This document shows, piece after piece, positions 43,012-54,164 of a stretch of DNA of 64,000 nt. The stretch comes from the human T2T-CHM13v2.0 reference genome, Homo sapiens, in assembly GCF_009914755.1 (NCBI RefSeq), contig NC_060931.1; one strand, given 5' to 3'. Made by a program: the position numbers and the translations under genes. The notes beneath the pieces are model-generated. The model saw nothing but the letters and a program-made list of their open reading frames with translations, searched no databases and was not told the origin of the DNA. The number at the start of each line of letters is the position of its first letter. Position 1 is the first letter of the stretch.

Positions 43012-43488
43012 TGTGTCCAGAGTTGGTTCCTGCCAGTGGGTTCGTGGTCTTGCTGACTTCAAGAATGGAGCCGTGGACCTTCGTGGTGAGTGTTACAGCC
43101 CTTAAAGATGGCAAGGACCCAAAGAGTAAGTGGTAGCAAGGTTTAGTGTTAACAGCGAAAGGACAAAGTGTCCACAGCATGGAAGGGGACCTGAGTGGGT
43201 TGCCGCTGCTGGCGGGGGTGGCCAGCGTTTATTCCCTTATTTGTCCAGGGAATGGACATGTTCCATTTGTGTCCTATCAGAGTGCCCTTTTTTCAATCCT
43301 CCCTGAGATTGGCTACTTTTAGAATCCTGCTGATTGGTGCGTTTTACAGAGCGCTGATTGGTGCATTTTACAAACCTCTTGTAAGACAGGAAAGTTCCTG
43401 ATTGGTGCGTTTTACAATCCTCTTGTAAGACAGGAAAGTTCCCCAAGTCCCCACTCGACCCAGGAAGTCCAGCTGGCCTCACCTCTCA
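43012..43488 (-). mobile_element. LTR12-family (ERV9, LTR12F-like) solo LTR, antisense to LRGUK
   Basis: TG...CA termini, 4-bp TSD tcag (43008-43011, 43489-43492), repeated ctgattggtgc CCAAT units, gctgacttcaagaatg. Confidence 0.88.
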
Positions 43489-44351
43489 TCAGCACTCCCC
43501 AGGAAGGGACCCAGAGTCCCAGCAGAGTCACCATCATGTGCCCAGCTGGTGCTTCACCTCATTGCTCCTGCTCTGAGCTGGGTCACTCTGATTTTAAGTT
43601 CTATAATTTAGATATATGTGTATAAACACATTACTCACATAAATGGGACCTCTAGAAATAAAAAACAATAGTTTTAGTATAATGAATTTTTTAAAAAATA
43701 ATTGAGCTGTCAAAAGGAAGAAATTGAAATAAAAAATATTTATGATTCTGTGAAAGACAGCTTTGTCTGCGCAATTAGGAAACTGGACTGGAAATATGAA
43801 GCCTTGGTTTTCTATTCTAAATCTAACCAATAACCATTAACTTGATTCGAGAAGTAATTTTGAGCTCCCATTTCTTAAAATAAAAACCTATACATAATGT
43901 CATGGTGCACTATTAGAATCCGGCTGTCTAGAGCTGAGGTTTTTCCCAATTGGATTAGGCATCAGTACAAACAGAAATCTTATGACCAACAGCATTGTTT
44001 TTCTTAAAGTGGTAATCCTGTATCAATGCAAACAGAAAAGTATTCCCAGATATCTGAAGTAGTAATACATAACTTGATCTTTTGTAATTTTATGTTGCTA
44101 ATTTATAACTAAGAATACAAGCTGAATTTCTACTCTTAACAATGAGAGTGGAACAGAGTGATAAAAGGAAGCGCAAGGTTTATCAGTTCTGAGTACAGCA
44201 TCTTTCAGCCTGGACCCAGAAATATAAACTTTCACTAATGGGTGGATTAATTGAATTTTCACTTAATGCATGTATAAAATACTAACTTTAGGTACACAGT
44301 GATTATAAACCCTGAAATCTTCAGATATCCCCTTAATTTAAAATACATATC

Positions 44352-44717
44352 AGCCAGGTGCGGTGGCTTACGCCTGTAATCCCAGCACTTTGGAAGCCCG
44401 AGGAGGGCAGATCACGAGGTCAGGAGGTCGAGACCATCCTGGCCAACATGGAGAAATCCCGTCTCTACTAAAAATACAAAAATTAGCTGGGCGTGGTGGT
44501 GCGTGCCTGTAATCCCGGCTACTCGGGAGGCTGAGGCAGGAGAATCGCTTGAACCAGGGAGTCAGAAGTTGCAATGAGCTAATATTGTAGCACTGCACTC
44601 CAGCCTGGTGACAGAGTGAGACTCCATCTCAAAATAAATAAATAAATACATATATATATATAATATATGTATGTGTATATATATATGTGTGTATGTGTGT
44701 GTGTGTATATATATATA
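44352..44717 (+). mobile_element. AluSc-like (44352-44648) followed by a (TA/TG)n microsatellite
   Basis: Dimeric Alu; TSD aaatacatat. Confidence 0.92.
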
Positions 44718-45254
44718 GAATTGTCTTATTTTCCCTATTGTAATGTGGATAACATTTATTTCTAATACCCAAAGGCTTAAAAAGCACAAGTAAACAAAAT
44801 AGTTTCTACAAAATAAGGTAAAAACTATATTCACAACTCAGTATTAAGGGATGTCTTTCCTTCCATTTGTCTCTAAACAACCTACTTCTGGGATAGTCAA
44901 TGCTTCCAGCAAAGCTTTTAGAAAGCTGTACCAACTATCACCCTGAGTTCTTGCTATATAGATCATAAAATAAAATTGTATTTGCAAATCATTAATCTGA
45001 CTAATGGTAGAAAGAAATGATGATGGTTATGATAAGTCAGACAGAGGAGAACTGAGCAGTTGACTAGTCCGTAAAGTTTTCCTTTATCTTTAATAAAAGG
45101 CCTGGTATGATTTGCCAAGTTATGTCAATTGTTAAATTGTAAAAGTGGGGAACACATCCTTATATATCTGATTACAGAAAACCAAGAGAGATTAAGGAGC
45201 AAAAGAAGCTTTAGCACAGGATTTCATTGTTCTTATATTTTTCCATCTTTTAAA

Positions 45255-45500
45255 ATTAATTTTATATTTTGGTTAAAAAGCATACCTTAACATAAAATTT
45301 GCCGTTTTAACCATTGTAAGTATACAATTCAATGGTACTAATTACATTTACAATGTTGTATAACCATCATCACTACCTATTTCCAAAATTTGTCATTACC
45401 CCAAACAGAAACTCTATACCCATTAATCTATTACTCCCCTCAACTCCTGGTAACCTCGAATCTACTTTCTTTTCTCTATGAGTTTGCCTACTCTCGATAT
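45255..45500 (-). mobile_element. L1MB fragment
   Basis: cataaaatttgccgttttaaccatt...attaccccaaacagaaactct...tctatgagtttgcctactct. Confidence 0.75.
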
Positions 45501-45527
45501 TTTCACAGTTTTATTTTTCAATTTAAC

Positions 45528-48403
45528 CTTGTTTCTTGTCTAAGCTAGTATTTCAGTTTATAACAGTTATAAACTAGGGAGTTCCAAATGATGAACAGGA
45601 CACCCCCTCAGAAACTGCACCAAGAGGGAAGCCTTTCTTTGTTCCCACCTGTCCCGCCCTCTCCCTAGAGAACACCGGTTTGATGGGATGCAAAGGGTGC
45701 GTGTCCAGACCAGGGGCTCAGTGAGAACCCAGCAGTGCAAGCTCATCCTGCGTCAGTGGAGGGGATCGGGGGCTGGGAGCCTGGTTTGCCTCTGGGGAAT
45801 GGATCACTCCAAGGTCACCTCAGAGGTCTGATTTGGGTTGGAGTCTCTGAGTATCAGATCTCCCCCAAAGTGAGCTGAGACTAGCTTCTTCAAGGCTGTT
45901 CCAGTCTGGTGTGCCACCTCTGACTGCTCCACATTTCAGAGCTATGCCCTTAGGACTGGGGTAAGATGGTATTTGGGCCCCCAGAATCCGTCTAGTGAAC
46001 AAGCGCTCACTGAACAAGTGCCTGCTGGATGATGGCGTCTGTGAGACTGTCCCAGAGATCAGTCACTCTGAGAACTTGCCATCAACACCAAGTTGACACC
46101 TCTGTGTAACACCAGCATTGCTAGTGGCCTCTGAGAGCCATTTTTGAAGGCAAGGTAGATGTGGAAGCCCAAGAGGAGGCCTGGGGATGTGAGTGCGGGA
46201 ATAGCAGCCTGGATGGGGGTCCTCAGGAGCAGCTGTTCTGAGCCATGGTGCCTTGTGATTCTGTCCGGCCGATTCTTTCCTTCCTTCTTACATTCATCAC
46301 CCATTTCCTCAGTTCCTGCCCCTTTGCCAGGTATTGGTGAACAGACATAACTCTTCACAGAGCTCACGGCTTATATAAGAGGGCTGCCGTTAAATAAGGA
46401 AACAAACAAATGGGATTTCATCTGGCTTGGATGTCCATCCTCTAGTTTCTACCATCAAAAACAGCATTGATCTCTAAGTTGGTAAAAATTTAAAGTCTCA
46501 TTCACTTGGAAAATGTCTCACCACCCACAAATCTGGATGTAAATTTTGGTTCTATGAATAAGAACCAGACATAAACCTCTTATGTTTATTCATTGAAGTT
46601 TATGTTTTCAGTTGACTAAAATTGTTCTAAGTTCCACTAAATGAGAGAATTATAGACACTTAGTATCTCCAAGGAGAAGGGAAGGTTAAGTTCTCCTATA
46701 TGTGTAATTTTATTCCTTTCAAGGGCCTATGTGCATCTAACAGGGGAAAGATGTTTTTCTTATTAATTTCTAAGCAGTTAGTTAACTTCTGTTTATAGTT
46801 AATTTCTTTTTATATTAAAGCAGGAGCTCCCGCTAGCAAGAAGACTGTCTCTGGGGTGCCAGCACACCTGGTTCCATCTCCCAGGTGCTTGGCGAAACTG
46901 CAAGCAGATGGCCAGATGACAGAGCATCTCTCTGGAATGCAAATTCATGCCAAGCACCTAGAAAATCAGAGCGTAACTCCTGCCCAGAACCAAGAGCTGG
47001 CTCAGGATGGAGAAACCCATCAAAAAGAGCTTTCTCCTGACAGCCATCTCAATCCTGAGCTCCCTCAACACCTCAGTTCATCAGCACTGGGTCTTCCTCA
47101 GCAGGCCCAGGACCTATCCCTAAACCCAACGGAAGAGGATGTCCAACAATCAGATCTTCCCCTAAAACAAATAGCCACTGAGACAGATGTCCCTGAGATG
47201 GAAGCCAGTGAGGTTGGGCAGTCTCCCATCACCCCGACCCTGGTGCCTCCTGTGCACCCTTCCCCTCCCTCGTCCCGCAGCCCTCAGCCAGGCCAGGACA
47301 AGGAGTCAGGGGAGGCCCAGGTAACCCCTACTGGCCCTCCTCTGTCTGAACCTCTACAGGGACCTGGCCCCACTCCCCTCAGCCCTCAGAGAATTCAGGA
47401 TGAGGAAATTGAGTCAGACAAACTTCCACCCAGCAGTTCCCACCATGATCCTCCAAAAGATTCTTCCCACACTGACTTGGTGCAGAAACTTGCTGGCGAT
47501 TCTCAGCAAGCTCTGAAGGAGGAAACCTCCAAACCGGAAGCCATCCGAGTCAGTATCCCTCACCCAGAACTGCCACATCCCCAAGACTTAGCAACAGATA
47601 CCAAGCAGCCCCAGGCCAGGGGAGCCCCGGGGACCTTGCTTCCTAGAAGCCGGCTGGCTCCCACTCGGCTGCCCCAGCCTCAGGTGCTGGCTCCCCTCCA
47701 GAGCAGGAGGCCCACACCCAAACTCCTATCGCCCAGCAGGGAAGAGGCTTTAGGAACAACCTCCCATCAAACCATGACGGTCTCTCCCAGGCTTCCACCA
47801 ACCCGGGAAGCAGACACCAGTAAACTTCCTCCCATCAGCCCTCCGCACTCAAAACCACCACCAAATCTGAGCCCCCAGGCAGCCCACAGTCTTCAGCAAG
47901 TCCAGGAAGAGAAGGTCAGTGAGGTGAAACTCCCTCTTATCAGTCCCCCCAGCCAGGAGCAAGCAGAACCTCGCATCCTCAGTCCCGCCCAGGAGGAGGC
48001 GGCTCAGAAAGTGAGGCTCCCTCGCATTCCTGCTCCTCTTCCGGAGCCAGGGCTGCCCCAGAACTCGGGGACTCAGCCTGATCCAAGGCCTGCAAAGGAA
48101 AGGAAAGCTCCCCAAGCAGGCAGCTCCTCCAGGAGGAAGATTCCAGACATGCGGGCCTCACCCCACAACCAGGGGCCACTTCAGCAGACAGGGGCTAGGG
48201 AAAAAAAGCTCCCCAACCAGAAAGGGACGGCTAGAGGACTGGCACCTCTGGAAGAGGCACCACCTGGGAACCACCAGCCAGCCTTGCAGCTAGAACCCCA
48301 CGATCAGCCAGCTCCCACCATGGTGCCCGACGATCCCAACCCCAGCCCTCCTCTTGTTTCTTGTCTAAGCTAGTATTTCAGTGTGTAACTGTTACAAATT
48401 AGG
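45528..48403 (+). repeat. 51-bp dispersed duplication (45528-45578 intronic; 48353-48403 exonic), 46/51 identical
   Basis: First 30 nt identical: cttgtttcttgtctaagctagtatttcagt. Confidence 0.95.
46824..48373 (+). CDS. LRGUK: Alternative terminal coding exon of LRGUK, ~516-aa Pro/Gln/Ser/Glu-rich disordered C-terminus (GAPASKKTVSGVPAHLVPSPR...PSPPLVSCLS*)
   Basis: tttctttttatattaaAGcAG acceptor. Phase 1 joins the donor at 39692 in frame with the 505-codon ORF 46856-48373. Sharp GC rise at the acceptor; no repeat signature. Confidence 0.8.
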
Positions 48404-49084
48404 CCATCTGAGCAACCAGAGAAGCAAAGTCCATACACCAGAAATTCCTGAGCCGCCCCACGCCGAGCCATCACCTAAGACCCCCAATTACAAGAAGATT
48501 AAAAAAAACATAATTCCAGGAAAAGGACCCATACCAACCTCCCCACAAATGACCTGGCTTGGAATGTAGATGTGTCCAAACAAGGGCCATCTTGTAAGAG
48601 AGAGATTTTTGGAGGGTTATCTCAAGAAAATAAAACTCCCGTCAATGGTGATCAGCCAGCTCAGGAGGGCCAGCCCTCACCCGGGAGACCTCTCCAGAGG
48701 GAAAAGGCCCCTGCGGAGTCGCTACAGGATAGCTCGGCTCCTGTGGAGCATCCAGGGAGAAAGGGACAGGTTCATCGAAAGGGCAGGTCTCAGAGGAGAG
48801 AGATTGCTTCGCAATCCCCAGAGCAGGACAGTGAGCCCCCAACCCAGCAGCCTGTCAAAGACACACCAGCCCATCAGGGGAGAGGTCAGGCCAGAGAGAG
48901 CTCTGTCCAAAGGCACAATGCACTTGCTTCCAAGCAGCAAACCAAAGAGAAGCGAACCTGAAAACATGGGGCAGTGCCACAGGACAAAAGCCCCGCCACT
49001 CCCCAGAACCAGGTGTCTACTGTGGAGCAGGGCAGCTGGAAGGGAAGACTGCGCCCCAGGAGCAGTCAGAGCACCAAGGTTTAA
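48404..49084 (+). pseudogene. Decayed in-frame continuation of the alternative terminal exon (now 3' UTR), ~227 codons
   Basis: Same frame as 46856-48373 and similar composition (PSEQPEKQSP...QEGQPSPGRPLQREKAP...RSSQSTKV*). Internal stops only at 48449 TGA, 48476 TAA, 48500 TAA, 48959 TGA; no frameshift needed. Confidence 0.7.
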
Positions 49085-49819
49085 GCCATCCCTGGAGCCA
49101 CCAGCTCATTAAGGTCTGGGAACCCCGAGGCAGCACTGTCACAGAACGACCAGCTATGGCTGGGTCCTGTGAGTCTCCACACTGGCTTCCTCCTGAACCC
49201 ATGGTCAGCGTAGGTGGAGGGGCTGTTCAGCACTGTCCAAACCTTGGATTCCTAGAAGGCAGCCAATCTGCACTCCTGTGCCTCTTCTGCTGTTGCCGTC
49301 ACAGCCTGGAAGAGCAGTTGTTGCAGAGGGATGCAGCTCTATCAGCTGCTGCCACCAAATTGAGCCATTCTGGAAGGCTGGTGTCAGCAAGTAGCCTTTG
49401 TGTCCAGACACGAATCCAACCTGAGTTCCAACTCTGGCTGAAGCAGGGCCATATTGCCATTAAGTTTTCTTCTCTTCATAAGGAAAATTCGCTTCTAGAC
49501 TTCTAGAAAATTCTCTCACCCCTCTTGCATTATCGAGGAGTTCCAAAGCAAAAAGAACTTTTGAGACAGGAAGACTTTGCTGTTCCTGGAGGTTCCAAAC
49601 CTACAGTTAACTTGTGGGAATCTTCTGTAGGGAAGAAGACATATTTTGCATGCATGACTCTGTGATCAAATGCTTCAGATTTGTCTTGGCAATATGTTGC
49701 CTGAAACTTACTTTTGCTTGAAATGTATTTCAAAATGAATACCTTCCTTCTTTCTCTGAATAGAAATCTCATGTAAATTAGCTCATGCCTTTATTATGCC
49801 AAACCATCTGGTTGAATCA

Positions 49820-49825
49820 ATTAAA
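49820..49825 (+). terminator. Candidate polyadenylation signal (ATTAAA) for the alternative terminal exon
   Basis: PAS-like hexamer downstream of the GC-rich exon-like block, followed by GT/T-rich sequence near 49850-49875. AATAAA at 48629-48634 is an alternative. Confidence 0.35.
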
Positions 49826-50807
49826 AGAATTAATGGGGAGAACATTTAAGTGAATCAGTTGTTCGTTTATCTATTCATACCATCAGGATTCTTTCGCTGG
49901 CAAATGATAGGAGTCCACTCTAAGCCAGCTTCTGTGACTCTATTAGAAGGGAGTAGAAGATTTCATATGAACAAACTATGGGAAGGGCAGGGCTACAGCA
50001 AGTCTCAGAGAGACTGGGGGCCAGTTGTGGAACATAACCAGGACTCTAGTCATCTCCTGGACTCTGGTCTAGGACTCTCACCACTTCTCTTCTCTGTTTC
50101 TTTCTCCATGTTGGCTTCATTCTTTGGACTACAGATGACTCTATCAGTTTCTGCACATGGTGGGAAACATGGTTACCAGCAGCTCTCAAGCCCATATCTG
50201 ATTTTACCTCTGGAAGCTCCCAGTACTGTAAAGGGATTAATTTGAATGAATGTTCATTAATCCTAATCCAAAGAAAGTCTTGTTGGCCTAGCTTGGTTTA
50301 GGCACTTGTTCTTAAACCAATCTACTCTGGCAAGGACCAGGGTTACCTTCAGACATACCTATTGAACCTACTCCTATGTATGGACACTATACTCCACCCA
50401 AAAAGAGGATAATTGTGACTGAAACGGACAACTCAAGATGTGACTCTTAAAAAGCTGCAAGATATCTATTGAGCACTTACTGTGTACACAGCAGCATGCT
50501 AAACTGTATTTGGTATCTCATATTTAAAAATGTAACTGATGACTAAATGCCTGTGTAAATGTCTCTTACACAAAAGAGAGGTGTCTATGAAACTATGAAT
50601 TTCAAATGTTATTTCAAGGGCAGTAGAGGAAACTGATATTTTAGAAATCCAGGATATAGAAATCCTCTTGCAAAATGAAGAGCTTATATAATGCCAGTAA
50701 TTGCCCTCTGATTTATCTGATTTGTCCATGATGAAAATAATACAGTAATTGTAGAAAATATATCATTTGTTTATTTTTACTAAAAGTGTATTTATTTTTA
50801 CTAAAAG

Positions 50808-51580
50808 TTCATTCATCCAACAAGCATTTATTGAGCACACGCTATGTGCCAGACAGTGATGGTTGCTAGATAAGGGGAAGTGATGAGGATACTTCAAGAA
50901 GCTTTGTCTTTTATCAAGGAAGACAGAGAGTTCATTATATTAATAACACCATGTGATTAGGGCAGCTGAAGGCCCCACAGCGTGTTAGGCTACATTTTAC
51001 ATCCTACAGACAGGAAAATCCATTTGTTAACTTTTCCAGATGTCATAAGAATACCAAGGAAGGACACTGAATTCGGCCTGGGATACAAACATTGGATCAG
51101 GAAACACTCCTAAGAGAAGGTCAGCCTTCAGCTTAGTCATCGCGGTTGCAGAATAGTCAGCAGACTGATGGAGAGGGGAAGTTTTCTTAGAAGAAGGAAC
51201 CACGTACGCCTAAGCAGAGGCACGCGCAGGCATAGCATCTTCTAAGGACCCGAATGCCAGGAGAGATGCAGGTCTATATAGATCCAAAGTGCTTTTTGTG
51301 CTACACCGAAGAGCTTGGAAACTTGATCTTTAACAATGGGGAGCTGCTGAATTTGTATCTAAGAGGCATCTGTCTGGAGGGGATATAGAGGATGAATTTG
51401 AGGAGAGCAATACAGGAAGCAGGAGGAGTGGCAGGGAAGTTATTGCTGTAGTCCAGGAAAGAAGGTTAGGCCTGAAATAAGGCTGTGGGGGCAGGAATTG
51501 TCAAATTAGGTAAATATTTAGATTGCATGTGGGAGAGGGTAGATTGTGCAAGACAGGAAGAAAATTAAGATCATTACCCA
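50808..51580 (-). mobile_element. L2 fragment
   Basis: ttcattcatccaacaagcatttattgagcacacgctatgtgccagacagtg. Confidence 0.75.
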
Positions 51581-52229
51581 TTTTCTGTGAGGTGGGTGTG
51601 GGGCACTTTAGAGTTGTCCGTGTCTCATTTAGGTGAAGAATTTTCGAAATTTAAAATTGCTTTTAGAAATGTATAATTTTCCTCTTCGGGCGCCTGTTTC
51701 TGAGGCTCCTGAAGGCATTTGGGGTTGCATTTCCATTAGGGTACAAAAGGGAAGCGATAAGCCAAATTTTTTTTATCACTTGTTTGTGTTTCTGTTATTG
51801 CTTTGGTAGTATATGTTCCTAATGTCTCAGATTCAGTGGAACTGGACAATATTTTGTTTGTGGTCAGAGGAAAGGAGTGGAAAAGAGTATCAACAGGAGA
51901 TTTTTAGTGCTATTATTGATTCTCTTGGTATAAGGGAAACCTCTGATTTTTACACATAGAATAACAATGTTTAAAAATTGCCATTTTCCATCTATATTTA
52001 CAAGGTTCCTATCATTCCCATTTGATATGTTGCTCAGCAAGGTGATCTTTATAGGAACAAAAAAACATTGTGGCTTATAGTGACTACATTAGTAATACCA
52101 TCTTTAGCTCCTTTAAAGAAAAGTGGCACCTAATATTCAAATCAATGGAGATAATATTGCCACTTGGCATGAAAGCCTTCCTCAAATATTTAAAGAGCTA
52201 AATCAGTTATTTCCAAAACTTCAAAAGAT

Positions 52230-52870
52230 AATTGAACAAAGGGCATGATTGGGAAATTCACAGAAGAGGAAATAAAAATGGCCAATAGATATGTCAAAAA
52301 GTATTTAACCTCATTATAAGTTGAAACAGGATAGACTTTTTTTTTTTGTACTGAATTGGCAGATGAAAAACAACTTAATGCCTATTGTTGGCGAGGCTGT
52401 GGGTAAATGCACTTTCTATGTCTCAGGAGAGAAAGTAAATCGGCACAATTTTTCTGGGGCACAGTTTTACAATTTTCTGTCAAAGCCTTAACATTTTGTA
52501 TATCTTCAGTCTAGTAATTCGAATCTGAGGATTATCATAAGGAACTCACTTATGGGCAAGGATGTTCATATCAGTGTTTTTTATGATAAAATCTAGAAAT
52601 AATCTAGCTATCTAATGGGATTTTAGAAATAAGTTATGGTATAGCTATATGCTGGAATATTATGTTGTCATTATAATCATGTCATAGAAGAATATTTAAT
52701 TAGAGGAAACTATTTATTGCGTAGTAAGTAGAAAGCAGGTTAAGGAGGTAGAGCCAGTATGGCTCTAGTTATTAGCTCTGGATTATGGATTATGCATAAT
52801 TTTTATTTTCCCATCTATGCTTTTTAGTATTTTTTAAATTTTCTACAATGACCTATGTTTATTCAGAAAA
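52230..52870 (+). mobile_element. Old L1ME fragment followed by (CA)n at 52893-52928
   Basis: gaaattcacagaagaggaaataaaaatggccaata...tgttggcgaggctgtggg. Confidence 0.6.
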
Positions 52871-52890
52871 AGTTATATAGAATTAAATTT

Positions 52891-52930
<40 letters not shown>

Positions 52931-54164
52931 TGAAGAGCTGTCATGAGAAAGCAACAGCCTTACATTCTATTTTGATTTGACATCATGAACTTTCTAAGAG
53001 TTAGAGGTGATTTGCAGAGGAACAGACTGGCTTGCTCCAGAAGTTAGATGCTGTGTTATGGGAATCTTATAGAAGGTCTTCATATGTTGGGTGATTTAGT
53101 TGGACTGGCTAAAATGTAAGGTTCATTTTATGATCTAAGATCCACTTACTGCAGCTGACTCCATTTGCTTGTTATGAGGAATCCTGTTTTATTAAATGTA
53201 GTGCTTAGAAAATTATATGTACTTAGTACTCCTTAGATATGTGGCTTTCAAAGTTTTATTGACCAAGATCCATAATTAGAAGTATACATGTTACAATATC
53301 ATGACCCAGTAAACACATAAAACACCTGGCAAAAAAAAAAAAGTGTCATAAAACACCTTTACTATGGTGATAGACAACTCTGATATTTTCTATGGCGCTG
53401 AATTTCAATTTTTAAAATTCTGGTTGTGGCCTCCTAAATTGATTTCACAATTTTGTTTGCAACCTGCAGTTTGGAAAACCCTGCACTGAGTGCCCTAGAG
53501 GTTTGCTTTGATGCTGTCCTTACTTGGAGGCCTGTTACCAGACTTCCCCCCAGCTCTGGTTGCCTTCAAGTGAGGTTGGATGGGTTGACATCATTTATGC
53601 TGAATTCTTCTCTGGGACAAGGATCTGGTGTATTGGCAGTTATGTTCTTTGTCAATGTGGGGGCTCAGGATAAGATACATCCAAAATCTATATGTATACG
53701 TTTTATATAAAGCTTTTAAAAAAAAAAGGCACTTGAGAACAATCTTGATCAGCTTACTTCCTTGCCTTTTGCTCCATGACAAGCCCGAAAATCATCTTAT
53801 TACCATAAAAAGATCCACCAAGTTCCACTTCAGATAATTGCACTATTTATATACTATGTAGCACAGTACGTCTGTAAATGAATTTAATTGCGTAGTCCAA
53901 TTTGAAAGACATAATTCTAGAAATCACTTTTCTGTATTGACCAGGCATTCAGAGAAGAGGATAAGAAGGGCCTAACCATTTCTTTGTGTTGATGACAGAT
54001 AAATGGTGTTAGAAGATCAAACCTCTAATCTTAAAACTGATTATGAGAGTGCAGTCATGATTTGCAAAAGCTGAAGACTTTTTATTACAGATTGTAACCT
54101 TAGAAATTCATTATTGCAAACAACACTAAAATTCAAAATAATTCTTGAAAATTCCATTTGCATT

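Noticed and set aside
47321-47915. Donor-like sites cag|GTaacc (47321) and aag|GTcagt (47915) that could make the large exon internal
   Set aside because: Both are phase 0 while the exon at 59892 needs phase 1, so splicing would frameshift. A terminal-exon model fits better.
48570-49112. 180-aa ORF starting with ATG, as an independent gene
   Set aside because: It overlaps the fossil tail in another frame. GC-rich coding-derived DNA often has open shadow frames, and there is no promoter or family evidence.
50770-50808. Short tandem duplications (also ~21465-21510, 34625-34666, 40230-40255)
   Set aside because: Ordinary slippage-type micro-duplications of 10-27 bp.
53240-53485. Possible hAT-Charlie DNA transposon remnant
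   Set aside because: The termini are suggestive, but I could not assign the family with enough confidence to list it.
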